Positions 19,970-31,416 are shown, counted from the first letter of the stretch. The stretch: DNA of 64,000 bases from an uncultured cyanobacterium (GCA_963718615.1 OY970368.1:4160001-4224000), one strand, 5' to 3'. The notes: a model not told the origin generated them from the sequence alone. A program made the numbers and translations.

Positions 19970-22828
19970 ATGCACCGTCCGGTTAATTTTTCTGGCAGCC
20001 AGTATCAGGTTGGTGGCAGTCTTTCCCCCGACACTCCCTACTATGTCCAGCGTCAAGCGGATAGCGAGCTGTACGATGCATTACTGGCAGGGGAATTTTG
20101 CTATGTGCTCAATTCCCGGCAAATGGGAAAATCGAGTCTGCAAGTTCGAACCGCAGAGCGGTTGCGCCAGCAAGGGATTAGCTGTGCAATTCTCGATTTA
20201 ACCAGTATTGGAAATGAGCGAATCACAGCGGAACAGTGGTATGCCAGCTTGCTTCACAGCTTGAGTACTAGACTGAAGTTAGATAGATTTCGTCAGGAGT
20301 TTCGTTCCTGGTGGAATGGAGTGAGTCAGTTCTCTTTAAGTCAGCGGATGGTAATTTTCTTTGAGCAGATTTTGCTTCGAGAGATTGAAGAGCCCATTGT
20401 CATTTTCATTGATGAAATTGATAGTATTCTGGGGTTAGATTTTCCCTGTGATGATTTTTTTGCACTGATTCGTCATTGTTATAACCAACGGGCAGATGCT
20501 CCCCAGTGGAGGCGTTTGACCTTCGCCATTGTGGGGGTAGCTTCTCCTGCTGAACTGATTGCCGACGAGTATCAAACCCCTTTTAATGTGGGCCGAGCGA
20601 TTGAGCTTCAAGGCTTTAGCAAACAAGAAGCTCAACCCTTACTCAGTGGTTTAGAGACCCTGTTACCCGAGCCAGAACAAGCCCTTAAGGAAATCCTATA
20701 CTGGACCCAAGGGCAACCCTTTTTAACCCAAAAGATCTGTCAGCTCGTTGTTGATATTGAAACCGGACAACGCCTAGTTAAATCTTCCGCAACCTCGCTC
20801 CAACTACAGTATCAAGACTTTCCTATAGGGAACTACTCGGATTATATTGCCAACTTGGTGCATCACTGTGTAGTTGACAACTGGATGGAAAATGATGAAC
20901 CGGAACATCTTCGTAGTATTCGCGATCGCATCCTCCATGATTCGCGCAATGTCAATCTATTACTGAGCCTTTATCAGCAAATTCTCCAAGGAGAACGGAT
21001 TGTTACGAACAACAGCCAAGGCCAAACAGAACTCAGGTTATCTGGCTTAGTCACGACGGTTCAGAATCATTTACAGATTAAAAATCCGATCTACCAAGCG
21101 GTCTTTAATCAGGATTGGGTCACTCACCATTTAGATGCCTTAAGGCCCTATGCTTCATCTTTAAACGCCTGGGTCGAGTCCCATTATCAGGACACCTCCC
21201 ATTTGCTGAAGGGTGAGGCCTTGCAGCAGGCCCTGCTTTGGTCTCAGCAGCGACAACTGGGAAAGGTTGACTATCAATTTTTAAACGCCAGTCAGGCCGA
21301 GGAAAAGTACCAGCTTGAATATCAACTTACTCAAGAAAAAAGACGGCGGCAGCAGGCTCAAGCGACAGTGCAATCCGCCCAAAAAGCCCACCAGCTCCTA
21401 AGTCAGGCCCGAAAACAGGCGCGAATCAAGATGGCTCAGCGATCCCTAGGAAAACGTTGGTTAGTGAGCCTGAGCTGCCTAGTGACCATAGGCGTTGCAT
21501 TACTGCAATATTCAGGGGCCTTGCAGCCAGTGGAGTGGTGGCTGCTAGATGCGTTTATTCAATGGCGTTCTAATGATCGGCGACTCGCTGGCGATACATT
21601 GGAGCACACCGTTACTCACAACCTTGACCCCAAGCTCGCCTTCGCCAGCCCTCCACGGGTTGCCAACGATCGGTTTTTAGCCCCGATCACCGTGATTACG
21701 ATTGACGAAGCAGATGCCCAACAGTTGGGGCAGGCACCGGTCAGCGATGCCATTGTGCTACAAGCGCTTCAGCAGATTCAAGGCTGGAATCCCCGCCTCA
21801 TTGGCCTCGATTTGTATCGCAATTTGCCCCTAGAACCGGGTCATGACCCGCTCATGGGGTTTTTGGCGGAAAGCAATCATGTTATTGGCATCAACCGTGT
21901 AGTAGAATCTCCCCTGCCGCCAGCGCCAGCCTTGGCTAAAACTGGGCGGTTTGGTTTTGCAGATCAAATCGTCGATGGGGATGGAACTGTGCGTCGGGCT
22001 CTGCTCTCCGTCGAAGATGATGCGGGAGAGGTGCAATACAATTTTGCACTGCGCTTAGCCCTAGAATATCTTGAGGCCGATGGGATTACCCTCCAGACCC
22101 TGCAAAATCATCAGATTCAACTGGGAAAGCTACGGATAAGACCCTTCCAAAGTTATGACGGAGCCTACGTTAGAGCAGATGCAGGCGGCTACCAAGTTTT
22201 GCTCAACTATCGAGGCCCCCAGGAGCGGATTCCAACATTCTCCCTGTCTCAAGTTTTAGCCGCTCAGGTTCCTCCCCAAGCCTTCCGCGATCGCATTGTT
22301 CTGATCGGATCGATCGATCCCACCTGGAGCAACCGTCTGCTCATCCCCTACAGACAAAGGGTTTTCGGTTTACCGGAATACGCTTCTGGGGTCATGCTCC
22401 ATGCTCAGATCCTGGAACAACTCCTGGCAGGTGCGATCGCTGGCCGACCGTTGTTGCAGACTTTGCCAGAGGAATTGGAGTTGGCTTGGCTTGGCCTATG
22501 GACGCTAATCGGTGTCCTGATTAGTAGCCGCCATCGCTTTCCCCGACAGATGGTGCTATTGCTGTTGTTGGGAGAGGGAGGGTTGGTGGCGATCGCCTAT
22601 CTCTGTTTTGTAGGCAGTTGGTGGATTCCACTCGTCCCTTGCATTCTGGCCTTAAATCTAGCCACGCTGATTCATCCCCTCTGGATGGGACGTCGCTACG
22701 AGAAACAACTCATTCAAGAAATTACCCAATATTTACTGCACTCGACGGAGAGTCCCCCCGATGTGATTCACCTGGCGATCGAATATCTAAAGCAAAGCGA
22801 AAAACCGCTCTATCATCCCAAGCCGTAA
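19970..22828 (+). CDS. AAA-like ATPase - TM - CHASE2 - 3TM membrane receptor
   Basis: [47 protein letters not shown]; coiled coil; TM; CHASE2 motifs [33 protein letters not shown]; 3 C-terminal TMs with only a short tail. Confidence 0.88.
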   Translation: MHRPVNFSGSQYQVGGSLSPDTPYYVQRQADSELYDALLAGEFCYVLNSRQMGKSSLQVRTAERLRQQGISCAILDLTSIGNERITAEQWYASLLHSLSTRLKLDRFRQEFRSWWNGVSQFSLSQRMVIFFEQILLREIEEPIVIFIDEIDSILGLDFPCDDFFALIRHCYNQRADAPQWRRLTFAIVGVASPAELIADEYQTPFNVGRAIELQGFSKQEAQPLLSGLETLLPEPEQALKEILYWTQGQPFLTQKICQLVVDIETGQRLVKSSATSLQLQYQDFPIGNYSDYIANLVHHCVVDNWMENDEPEHLRSIRDRILHDSRNVNLLLSLYQQILQGERIVTNNSQGQTELRLSGLVTTVQNHLQIKNPIYQAVFNQDWVTHHLDALRPYASSLNAWVESHYQDTSHLLKGEALQQALLWSQQRQLGKVDYQFLNASQAEEKYQLEYQLTQEKRRRQQAQATVQSAQKAHQLLSQARKQARIKMAQRSLGKRWLVSLSCLVTIGVALLQYSGALQPVEWWLLDAFIQWRSNDRRLAGDTLEHTVTHNLDPKLAFASPPRVANDRFLAPITVITIDEADAQQLGQAPVSDAIVLQALQQIQGWNPRLIGLDLYRNLPLEPGHDPLMGFLAESNHVIGINRVVESPLPPAPALAKTGRFGFADQIVDGDGTVRRALLSVEDDAGEVQYNFALRLALEYLEADGITLQTLQNHQIQLGKLRIRPFQSYDGAYVRADAGGYQVLLNYRGPQERIPTFSLSQVLAAQVPPQAFRDRIVLIGSIDPTWSNRLLIPYRQRVFGLPEYASGVMLHAQILEQLLAGAIAGRPLLQTLPEELELAWLGLWTLIGVLISSRHRFPRQMVLLLLLGEGGLVAIAYLCFVGSWWIPLVPCILALNLATLIHPLWMGRRYEKQLIQEITQYLLHSTESPPDVIHLAIEYLKQSEKPLYHPKP

Positions 22829-22882
22829 TGACGGGGATTGGGTATATTCTAGAGACCTAGAGACGTTAACTTTGAGCAGACT

Positions 22883-23653
22883 ATGACGTACGGACTGGGC
22901 ATCATCACGCAGTTTGGGTTGGTTATGGCTGCCGATTCTCGTACCAATGCGGGAGTTGACTATATTTCGACCTATCGCAAACTGTTTGATTTCTCGTTGG
23001 CGGGTGAGCGGGTGATCTTGATGGTTTGCTCTGGCAATTTGTCAGTAACCCAGGCGGTGATTACGGGGATTAATCAGGATTTACGGCATCAGTCCGACGA
23101 AAATCTGCATTCGATCGGCAGTATGCACGATATTGCCCGGTATGTGGGCAGCAAAATTCGGCAGGTGCATGAGCGCGATCGCCCCTGGCTCGAAAAAGAC
23201 CGCCTCGACTATCACTGCAATTTCCTGGTCGGGGGACAGATTCGGGGCGAAGAGCATCAACTACACTTGATTTACAGCCAAGGCAACTCAATCCAGGCCA
23301 TGCCTGAGACACCGTTTTTGCAAATTGGCGAGGCCAAGTATGGCAAACCCATTCTCGATCGCACGCTAACCTTCAACACGTCGATGGATGCGGCGGCGAC
23401 CTGTGCATTACTATCGATTGACTCGACGATGAAATCAAATATTTCCGTGGGTCCGCCGATCAATTTAGTGATGTATGAGACCAATAGCTTCGCCATTCGC
23501 AATCAGCTTCAGTTGCGGTTGGGCGATCCTTATTTGGCGAAGGTTCGCAAGGCTTGGGAGACAGCCCTGAAGGCTGCGTTTGAACACATGCCTCCGATTG
23601 AATGGCAGCAGCCCATTATCGAAACCGCCGATGAGGACATTTTGATTGACTGA
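22883..23653 (+). CDS. Anbu proteasome-type (Ntn) protease
   Basis: MTY..G...GLV.AADSRTNAGVD (Thr2 nucleophile), QIGE.KYGKPILDR, SIDSTMKSNISVGPP. Confidence 0.92.
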   Translation: MTYGLGIITQFGLVMAADSRTNAGVDYISTYRKLFDFSLAGERVILMVCSGNLSVTQAVITGINQDLRHQSDENLHSIGSMHDIARYVGSKIRQVHERDRPWLEKDRLDYHCNFLVGGQIRGEEHQLHLIYSQGNSIQAMPETPFLQIGEAKYGKPILDRTLTFNTSMDAAATCALLSIDSTMKSNISVGPPINLVMYETNSFAIRNQLQLRLGDPYLAKVRKAWETALKAAFEHMPPIEWQQPIIETADEDILID

Positions 23654-23676
23654 AATTGAATCCCATTCAAATGCAG

Positions 23677-23702
23677 AAAAAGGGAGGCGCGATCGCCTCC
23701 CC
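23677..23702 (-). terminator. Terminator between convergent Anbu and tkt; contains a HIP1 site
   Basis: GGGAGGCG/CGCCTCCC stem with AAAAA on the + strand side (U-tract for tkt). Confidence 0.6.
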
Positions 23703-23722
23703 CAGAATTTCGTCAGTCCACC

Positions 23723-25723
23723 CTATGCCAGGAGCGCTTTAGCCCGAGCCACCACATTGTCAACGGTGAAACCAAACTCCTTCATAATCGTGCCGCCGGG
23801 AGCCGATGCACCGAAGGTATCAACACTAATCATGTCGCCACTGTCACCGATGTACTTGTGCCAGCCAAAGCTCGACGCCGCTTCCACCACAAGACGCTTC
23901 ACACCCTTCGGCAAAATCGAATTGCGGTAGGCTTCATCCTGTTCTTCAAAGAGCTCCACACAGGGCATCGAAACCACACGAATCTTCTTATCGCCCATGG
24001 CTTTAGCCGCCTCAACACAGAGACTGACTTCGCTTCCCGTTGCCAACAGAATCAGATCCGGGTTATCGCAGCCACAATCCACCGCAATGTAAGCACCTTT
24101 TGCGACCGCTTCAATCGAACTTCCCTCTAGCTGGGGCAAGTTCTGACGGCTCATCGCCATGATGGAAGACTGCTTCCGACGCTCGATCGCGACCTTATAA
24201 GCCCCAGAGGTTTCGTTGCCATCCGCCGGACGGAATACCAACAGATTGGGAATGGCACGCAGGGACGGAATCGTCTCAACGGGCTGGTGGGTGGGACCAT
24301 CTTCACCGAGGGCGATGGAGTCGTGGGTCAAAACATGAATCACCTGGCACTGGGACAGGGCCGACAGACGAATCGCCGCCCGCATATAGTCCGCAAAGAC
24401 CAAGAAAGTTGCGTCGAACGGAATCAAACCCGTGTTGTGCAAAGCGATGCCATTACAAATCGCGCCCATGGCATGCTCCCGCACACCGAAACGGAGATTG
24501 CGACCGGCGTAGCTACCCTTTTGGAAATCCGTGGAGCACTTCAAGTAGGTGAGGTTGGAGTGGGTCAAATCCGCAGAACCGCCTACGAGTTCAGGGACAG
24601 CCTCGGCGATCGCATTCAGCGTCATCTCCGAAGTTTTCCGCGTCGCTACGGGCTTGTCTTCCGGGGTGTAAGTGGGCAAACACTTTTCCCAACCCTCAGG
24701 CAGACGATAGTTAATTTGGCGATCGAATTCCGCCGCCTCTTCAGGATATTGATCCTTGTAGGTTTGCCAGGTGGTGTTCCAATCAGACTCCGCTGCCGCA
24801 CCCCGCTCAACGGCCTTGCGCCAATGGGCCAGCGCATCCTCAGGAACCACAAAGGACTCGTGGTCCCACCCCAGGTTCTTGCGGGTTTCAGCAATTTCCG
24901 CTGCCCCGAGGGCCGCGCCGTGAATCCCAGCGGTCCCCGCCCGGTTGGGGGAACCAAACCCAATCGTGGTGCGAATCTTCAGGAGTGAGGGCTTGTCGGT
25001 GACGGCCTTGGCCGCTTCGATAGCCTGGGCGATCGCCCCCAGATCCGTATCCCCATTCGGCACTTCAATCACATGCCAGCCATAGGCTTCGTAGCGTTTG
25101 CCTACGTCTTCGGTGAAGGAAACCGTCGTATCACCATCAATGGAAATGTGGTTGTCGTCATAGAGCGCGATCAGCTTGCCCAGACCCAGGTGGCCCGCCA
25201 GGGAGCAAGCCTCACCAGAGACCCCCTCCATGTTGCAGCCGTCGCCCATAATGGCGTAGGTGTAATGGTCGATCAGCGTGCAATCGGGCTTATTAAACTT
25301 CGCCGCCAGATGCGCTTCCGCCATGGCCAGACCCACAGCGTTACAAATCCCTTGACCCAGGGGACCCGTTGTCACTTCAACCCCTTTGGTCTCAAAGTTC
25401 TCGGGGTGACCAGGAGTGCGAGAGCCCCACTGGCGGAACTGCTTGATGTCGTCGAGGTTAACACTGTCATAGCCCGTCAGGTAAAGCAGCGCATATTGCA
25501 GCATTGAACCGTGACCGGCAGACAGGACAAAGCGATCGCGATTCACCCAAGCCGGATTCTTGGGGTTGTAGCGCATGAACTGGTCCCAAAGGACAAAGGC
25601 CATGGGAGCCGCACCCATAGGCAGGCCCGGATGACCCGAGTTTGCTTTCTCAACGGCATCGATCGCCAGAAAGCGAACTGAATTAATACAAAGTTCTTCG
25701 AGGGATTGGCTTGCAACAACCAT
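23723..25723 (-). CDS. tkt: Transketolase
   Basis: [32 protein letters not shown] motif, GEDGPTHQP. Confidence 0.98.
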   Translation of the reverse strand: MVVASQSLEELCINSVRFLAIDAVEKANSGHPGLPMGAAPMAFVLWDQFMRYNPKNPAWVNRDRFVLSAGHGSMLQYALLYLTGYDSVNLDDIKQFRQWGSRTPGHPENFETKGVEVTTGPLGQGICNAVGLAMAEAHLAAKFNKPDCTLIDHYTYAIMGDGCNMEGVSGEACSLAGHLGLGKLIALYDDNHISIDGDTTVSFTEDVGKRYEAYGWHVIEVPNGDTDLGAIAQAIEAAKAVTDKPSLLKIRTTIGFGSPNRAGTAGIHGAALGAAEIAETRKNLGWDHESFVVPEDALAHWRKAVERGAAAESDWNTTWQTYKDQYPEEAAEFDRQINYRLPEGWEKCLPTYTPEDKPVATRKTSEMTLNAIAEAVPELVGGSADLTHSNLTYLKCSTDFQKGSYAGRNLRFGVREHAMGAICNGIALHNTGLIPFDATFLVFADYMRAAIRLSALSQCQVIHVLTHDSIALGEDGPTHQPVETIPSLRAIPNLLVFRPADGNETSGAYKVAIERRKQSSIMAMSRQNLPQLEGSSIEAVAKGAYIAVDCGCDNPDLILLATGSEVSLCVEAAKAMGDKKIRVVSMPCVELFEEQDEAYRNSILPKGVKRLVVEAASSFGWHKYIGDSGDMISVDTFGASAPGGTIMKEFGFTVDNVVARAKALLA

Positions 25724-25842
25724 GGGTGTCTACCTAACGTGCGTTAACGAGTTGAGACCAAAAATAAGCAGTTATACTCAATCATCCCATTGACGGCGAG
25801 GATGAACAAGTGTTAAGCAAAGGACGAGATCTACAGTCGGTT

Positions 25843-27099
25843 CTAATGGTCCCGATATTTGCGGAAAACCAGCGTAACGTTGTGCCCGCCAAATCCGAAG
25901 GAATTGGATAAGGCCACCTCGACGGCTTGCTGACGGGATTGATTGGGAACGTAATCGAGATCGCAGTCAGGGTCCGGATTTTCAAGGTTGATCGTTGGCG
26001 GGATTAGATCCTGGTTGACCGCCATAACCGTTGCCACCGCCTCAATTCCACCGGAGCCTCCCAGCAAATGTCCCGTCATTGACTTGGTGGAGCTGATGGC
26101 AACCCGGTGGGCGCTCTCCCCAAGGGCTTTTTTGATCGCAGCGGTTTCCGTCGAATCATTGGCCGGAGTGCTGGTGCCGTGGGCATTGATATAGCTCACT
26201 TGGTCCGGTGTTACCCCTGCATCTTTCATCGCGAGCTCGATCGCCCGTGCAGCCCCCAATCCACCGGGAACCGGCAGCGTCATATGGTAAGCATCACAGG
26301 TCGTTCCATAGCCAACGATTTCGGCGTAGATCTTCGCGCCCCTAGCCTGGGCATGTTCCAGCGCTTCTAAGACCAAAATACCGGTGCCTTCACCCATGAC
26401 AAACCCATCCCGCCCCGTATCAAACGGGCGACAGGCATGGGCCGGATCGTCATTGCGAGACGACAGGGCGCGGCAGGCGGAAAAACCGGCGATCGACAGG
26501 GGCGTAATTGCAGCTTCTGTTCCCCCACATACCATGGCGTTGGCGTAGCCTCCTTTAATTAATCGAAAGGCATCCCCCACCGCATTGGCTCCGGCGGCGC
26601 AGGCCGTTACGGTACAGGAATTTGGCCCTTTGGCACCCAGATGAATCGCCGTCAAGCCTGCGGCCATATTGGCGATCATCATCGGAATCATAAAGGGACT
26701 ACAGCGAGACGGACCCTTCTCCAGAAAGATCGTCTGCTGCTCTTCCATAATCTTGATGCCGCCGATGCCGCTGCCGATTAAGACCCCAATATGGTCAGCA
26801 TTCAATTCCGTGATTTCCAGACCAGAATCCGCCACGGCCTGTTTTGATGCAGCCACTGCAAACTGCGAAAAGCGGTCCATCCGCTTCGCATCTTTGCGGT
26901 CCATAAAATCTTCTGGATTAAAGCCCTTGACTTCCCCCGCGATCCGGCAGGCGTGCTGAGAAGCATCAAAGAGCGTAATGGTCGCGATCCCATTGCGACC
27001 TGAAGAAAGCCCTTCCCAATAATCTGTCAGGGTATTACCAATGGGAGTAATTGCTCCCATTCCGGTGACGACAACCCGTCTGCCCGTGGAGTAAGTCAT
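25843..27099 (-). CDS. fabF: Beta-ketoacyl-ACP synthase II
   Basis: RRVVVTG, TACAAG (catalytic Cys), INAHGTST, KSMTGHLLG, SNSFGFGG. Confidence 0.97.
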   Translation of the reverse strand: MTYSTGRRVVVTGMGAITPIGNTLTDYWEGLSSGRNGIATITLFDASQHACRIAGEVKGFNPEDFMDRKDAKRMDRFSQFAVAASKQAVADSGLEITELNADHIGVLIGSGIGGIKIMEEQQTIFLEKGPSRCSPFMIPMMIANMAAGLTAIHLGAKGPNSCTVTACAAGANAVGDAFRLIKGGYANAMVCGGTEAAITPLSIAGFSACRALSSRNDDPAHACRPFDTGRDGFVMGEGTGILVLEALEHAQARGAKIYAEIVGYGTTCDAYHMTLPVPGGLGAARAIELAMKDAGVTPDQVSYINAHGTSTPANDSTETAAIKKALGESAHRVAISSTKSMTGHLLGGSGGIEAVATVMAVNQDLIPPTINLENPDPDCDLDYVPNQSRQQAVEVALSNSFGFGGHNVTLVFRKYRDH

Positions 27100-27400
27100 A
27101 AGATTTCAGCCAAGCTGGGTGAAAATTAGCAAAGCCCCCGATCAAGGAAACTTGAAATAAATGCGGTTTTGAAGCAAGGCGTTGGCGAATCCGCCTGCTA
27201 GAGTCGATAAAACGCGGAGGGAATCGGAATGTTCCGACCGCGCTTATGACTGCGTGGTTAACTGTGTGATTGAAGGGCGCTTTTTAAAAGCAATTTTGCA
27301 AAAAGCAATTTTACGTTTTGGCTAGCATTCCCTTTCAACATTTTCAACCTTATAAAGCAAGAGTCTGAGCGTCAGGCGATCGCCCCGAAGGGCAACATCC

Positions 27401-27646
27401 CTAAGCCGCAGACTTTTCTTCAATGTAGGCCACAGCTTCACCGACGGTGGTGATTTTTTCCGCAGCTTCATCAGGAATTTCGATATCAAATTCCTCTTCT
27501 AGTGCCATCACTAGTTCAACGGTATCCAGGGAGTCCGCACCCAGATCATTAGCGAAGCTAGCTTCTGGCTTGACCTCAGCGATATCGACACTGAGCTGCT
27601 CAGCGACGATACCTTTGACCTTGGACAAGATTTCCTCTTTGCTCAT
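27401..27646 (-). CDS. acpP: Acyl carrier protein
   Basis: [20 protein letters not shown]; ATG at 27646 (MSKEE); adjacent to fabF. Confidence 0.97.
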   Translation of the reverse strand: MSKEEILSKVKGIVAEQLSVDIAEVKPEASFANDLGADSLDTVELVMALEEEFDIEIPDEAAEKITTVGEAVAYIEEKSAA

Positions 27647-27856
27647 GAATTTTCCTCTGCACAACACCAGTTGCTCGGTCAGCGTTTTGGCATTTTTTCA
27701 TCTTATCGGCAAAGGGTGACAGCGATTTTAATTCTAGGGAGAAAGGTTAAGGGTCATGGCGAAATGGGCGATCGCCCCTATCCCACCCCATCATAAAAAA
27801 ACATCACCCCATCACCCCATCACTTCCCCACCCTTCTCTCCACCCCCATTTCCACC

Positions 27857-28777
27857 ATGCCCATCCTCCGCTACGCCTACTACCCCGGCTGCGTCGCCCA
27901 AGGGGCCTGCCGCGAGCTCTACCAGTCCACGGCCATTTTGGCCCAGGCCCTAGATATCGAACTGCTCGAACTCAAAAAGGCCGCCTGCTGCGGTTCCGGG
28001 ACATTTAAGGAAGAATCCCCGTTGCTCGAAGACACGGTGAACGCCCGCAATATCACCCTAGCAGAACAGCTAGGCTTGCCGCTACTGACCCATTGCAGTA
28101 CCTGTCAGGGGGTGATTGGCCATGTGGATGAGCGGTTGAAGGAGGCCCAAGGTAACGATCCAGCCTATGTTGCTCAAGTCAATGGCTGGCTCGCTCAGCA
28201 GGGCTGCCAACCCTACCAAGGTTCCACGGAGGTGAAGCATTTGCTCTGGGCCTTGGTGGGGGACTATGGCCTCGATCGCCTAGCAGAAAAAGTGACCCGA
28301 CGGCTCAGCGGCCTCAAATGCGCGGCGTTTTATGGCTGCTACCTGCTGCGGGCCCAGAAGCATTTGCCCTTTGATGACCCGTTTAATCCGCGATCGCTCG
28401 AAAATCTCTTCGAAACCCTCGGCGCAACCCCAGTGGTTTACCCCGGCAGAACTCAATGCTGCGGCTGGCCCCTATCGAGCTACGCCACGGAGACTTCGTT
28501 CAAAATGGCGGGATCCCATATTCAAGCAGCCCTTGATGCCGGAGCCGACTGTATTGTTACCCCCTGTCCCCTTTGCCATTTAAATTTAGATTCGCGTCAG
28601 CCAGAAGTGGAAAAGGTGGTGGGGCGATCGCTCAGCCTTCCGATTCTGCACCTCTCCCAGCTTGTGGCCTTGGCCCTAGGGGTGGAACCCAAAGCCCTAG
28701 GGCTCGATCGCCATGGGGTGAGCACTCAATCGGTTTTAGCAAAGCTCACCCCAGCAACCGTTTCAGCCCGTCACTAG
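27857..28777 (+). CDS. HdrB-like CCG-domain Fe-S protein (cyanobacterial HdrB/SdhE-like)
   Basis: YAYYPGC, CCG, CSTC, FYGC, CCG, PCPLCH two-CCG-domain pattern. Confidence 0.88.
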   Translation: MPILRYAYYPGCVAQGACRELYQSTAILAQALDIELLELKKAACCGSGTFKEESPLLEDTVNARNITLAEQLGLPLLTHCSTCQGVIGHVDERLKEAQGNDPAYVAQVNGWLAQQGCQPYQGSTEVKHLLWALVGDYGLDRLAEKVTRRLSGLKCAAFYGCYLLRAQKHLPFDDPFNPRSLENLFETLGATPVVYPGRTQCCGWPLSSYATETSFKMAGSHIQAALDAGADCIVTPCPLCHLNLDSRQPEVEKVVGRSLSLPILHLSQLVALALGVEPKALGLDRHGVSTQSVLAKLTPATVSARH

Positions 28778-28997
28778 CCAAGGGGAGCCCGGATTATTAC
28801 AATCCTTGAAGTTTTGATTACAGTCCGCCGGGGCCAGTAAATCCTAGGTGTAGACTGAAATTCAATTCTGATAACAATGCCGACAGCCTGCCTAGGCAGA
28901 AGCTGCGTTACCAGATTAGCGCTCCAGGGATTCCCATGGGCGTTTTTCAGTATCGTTTGCTTTTTCTGGGTAGCTGTTATTTCACGGTGATCCTTAG

Positions 28998-29294
<297 letters not shown>

Positions 29295-29316
29295 ACTTTT
29301 TCGTTATCTAGATTTG

Positions 29317-29348
29317 GCCGAGGGAAGCTCTGTTTCCCTCGGTTTTTT
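29317..29348 (+). terminator. psaC intrinsic terminator
   Basis: GCCGAGGGAA-gctctgt-TTCCCTCGGT then TTTTT. Confidence 0.8.
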
Positions 29349-29379
29349 ATATGGGTTTTTTATATGGGTTTTTTATATG
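29341..29379 (+). repeat. 13-bp tandem repeat x3 (GGTTTTTTATATG)
   Basis: Three perfect copies starting in the terminator tail. Confidence 0.95.
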
Positions 29380-29487
29380 GCTCGACAAATGAGCCCCCAC
29401 CAGTCCACCATGGTCTATCGATCGCCAAACGCTGCGCTACCATAACAGCGATCTGCGTTCTTGTCCGCGTTCTAGGGAGTTGACCAT

Positions 29488-31416
29488 ATGTGCGGCATTG
29501 TCGGTTATGTCGGAACTCAAGCCTCGACCCCCATTCTGCTTGAAGGTCTGCGTAAGCTGGAATACCGGGGCTATGACTCGGCAGGAATTGCCACGGTCTG
29601 GGACGGCAAACTCAATCGCATTCGGGCCAAGGGCAAGCTCCTCAATCTAGAAGCCAAACTGGCAACCCATCAAACTCCCGCCCAAATCGGCATTGGCCAT
29701 ACCCGCTGGGCGACCCACGGCAAGCCAGAAGAGCATAACGCGCATCCCCACTTCGACATAACTAGCCGGGTGGCGGTCGTCCAAAACGGCATTGTGGAAA
29801 ATTACCGGGAACTGCGGGAGGAGCTCAAGGGCGGTGGCTGCGAGTTCTTTTCCGAAACGGACACAGAAGTCATTCCGAATCTGATTGAGCGCACCCTGGC
29901 GGAAATGCGGAGCCAAGGCGAACTTGATGCCTTTGATTCCCCCCTCACCGAAGCGACCAGGCGGGTGGTGAATCGGCTGGAGGGAGGATTTGCGATCGTG
30001 GTTCTCTGTGTGGACTACCCCGATGAGCTGGTGGCAGCTCGGCAACAGGCCCCGCTGGTGATCGGCTTTGGTCAGGGGGAATTTTTCTGCGCGTCGGATA
30101 CGCCGGCCCTGCTCAACCACACCCGCGCTGTTTTGACCCTGGAAAATAGTGAAATGGCGACGCTGACGCCTTTAGGGGTTTCGATCAGCGACTTTAAGGG
30201 TCGTCGCCTGCGCAAACAGCCTCGCCTCCTCAGCGGCACCCTCGATACGGCGGAAAAGGGAGGCTACAAGCACTTCATGCTCAAGGAAATCCATGAGCAA
30301 CCGGGCGTCGTGCGGGCTTGTCTAGAAGCTTATATGCCCCAGCGCCAAGAGCCTGAGGGCACCCACACTGAAAAAAATCCAGCGGTTCCCCCCCATCGCT
30401 CCCCGGTACAGCTCAATCTGCCAGAAACGCTCTATACGGATCTCCAGCATGTCCAAATTTTGGCCTGTGGCACCAGTTGGCATGCGAGCTTGGTGGGCCG
30501 TCACCTAATCGAACAATTGGCGGGAATTCCAACGACCGTTCATTACTCTTCCGAATTTCGCTATGCGCCGCCGCCCATGATGGCCCATACGCTGACCATT
30601 GGGGTGACCCAGTCTGGTGAAACCGCTGACACGCTGGCGGCTCTGGAGATGGAAAAGGAACGCCGCAAAGGCTATGCCGATCCGACTTTTGCTGCCCGAT
30701 TTTTAGGGATTACCAATCGCCCAGAAAGCACTCTGGCCCAGTTCACGCCCCATTTAATTACAACGCCTGCGGGGATTGAGGTGGGGGTTGCGGCGACGAA
30801 AACCTTCTTGGCACAGTTGGTGGCGTTTTATTTGCTGGCGATCGACCTCGCTCATTCCAAGGGGGTTGGGGGCGATCGCCTCACCCCAGTCATGGAAGGT
30901 CTCCGCAAACTCCCCCACCAGATCGAACATATTCTCGAAACCCAAGCCAGTGCCATTGAAACCCTCGCCCACGAATTCACTGAAACTCAAGACTTCATCT
31001 TCATCGGTCGGGGCATTAACTTCCCCATTGCCCTAGAAGGGGCGCTGAAGTTGAAGGAAATTAGCTATATCCATGCGGAGGGCTACCCAGCGGGTGAAAT
31101 GAAGCATGGTCCCATTGCGTTGCTCGATGCCAAGGTGCCGGTGGTGGCGATCGCCATGCCGGGACCGGTCTACGACAAAGTCCTCTCCAACGCCCAGGAA
31201 GCCAAAGCCCGCGATGCCCGTCTCATCGGCATTATGCCCGAAGATAACGACGCTGACTTCTTTGATGACCTCCTGACCGTTCCCACAGTGGATGAGCTGC
31301 TCTCGCCCATTCTCTCGGTGATTCCTTTGCAGCTCCTGTCCTACCACATCGCCGCCCGCCGGGGCCTTGACGTCGATCAGCCAAGGAACCTGGCCAAGAG
31401 CGTTACAGTGGAATAA
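29488..31416 (+). CDS. glmS: Glutamine-fructose-6-phosphate aminotransferase
   Basis: MCGIVGY, LEYRGYDSAG, GHTRWATHG, QSGETAD, KEISYIHAEG, PRNLAKSVTVE. Confidence 0.99.
   Translation: MCGIVGYVGTQASTPILLEGLRKLEYRGYDSAGIATVWDGKLNRIRAKGKLLNLEAKLATHQTPAQIGIGHTRWATHGKPEEHNAHPHFDITSRVAVVQNGIVENYRELREELKGGGCEFFSETDTEVIPNLIERTLAEMRSQGELDAFDSPLTEATRRVVNRLEGGFAIVVLCVDYPDELVAARQQAPLVIGFGQGEFFCASDTPALLNHTRAVLTLENSEMATLTPLGVSISDFKGRRLRKQPRLLSGTLDTAEKGGYKHFMLKEIHEQPGVVRACLEAYMPQRQEPEGTHTEKNPAVPPHRSPVQLNLPETLYTDLQHVQILACGTSWHASLVGRHLIEQLAGIPTTVHYSSEFRYAPPPMMAHTLTIGVTQSGETADTLAALEMEKERRKGYADPTFAARFLGITNRPESTLAQFTPHLITTPAGIEVGVAATKTFLAQLVAFYLLAIDLAHSKGVGGDRLTPVMEGLRKLPHQIEHILETQASAIETLAHEFTETQDFIFIGRGINFPIALEGALKLKEISYIHAEGYPAGEMKHGPIALLDAKVPVVAIAMPGPVYDKVLSNAQEAKARDARLIGIMPEDNDADFFDDLLTVPTVDELLSPILSVIPLQLLSYHIAARRGLDVDQPRNLAKSVTVE

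Noticed and set aside
27100-27400. tRNA or ncRNA between acpP and fabF
   Set aside because: Only small hairpins and a short duplication; no cloverleaf or T-loop consensus
16292-27646. FAAL + fabF + acpP as one biosynthetic cluster
   Set aside because: acpP-fabF-tkt is a standard housekeeping arrangement on the opposite strand, separated from the FAAL by unrelated genes
29380-29487. glmS ribozyme upstream of glmS
   Set aside because: No recognisable ribozyme core and the leader is short
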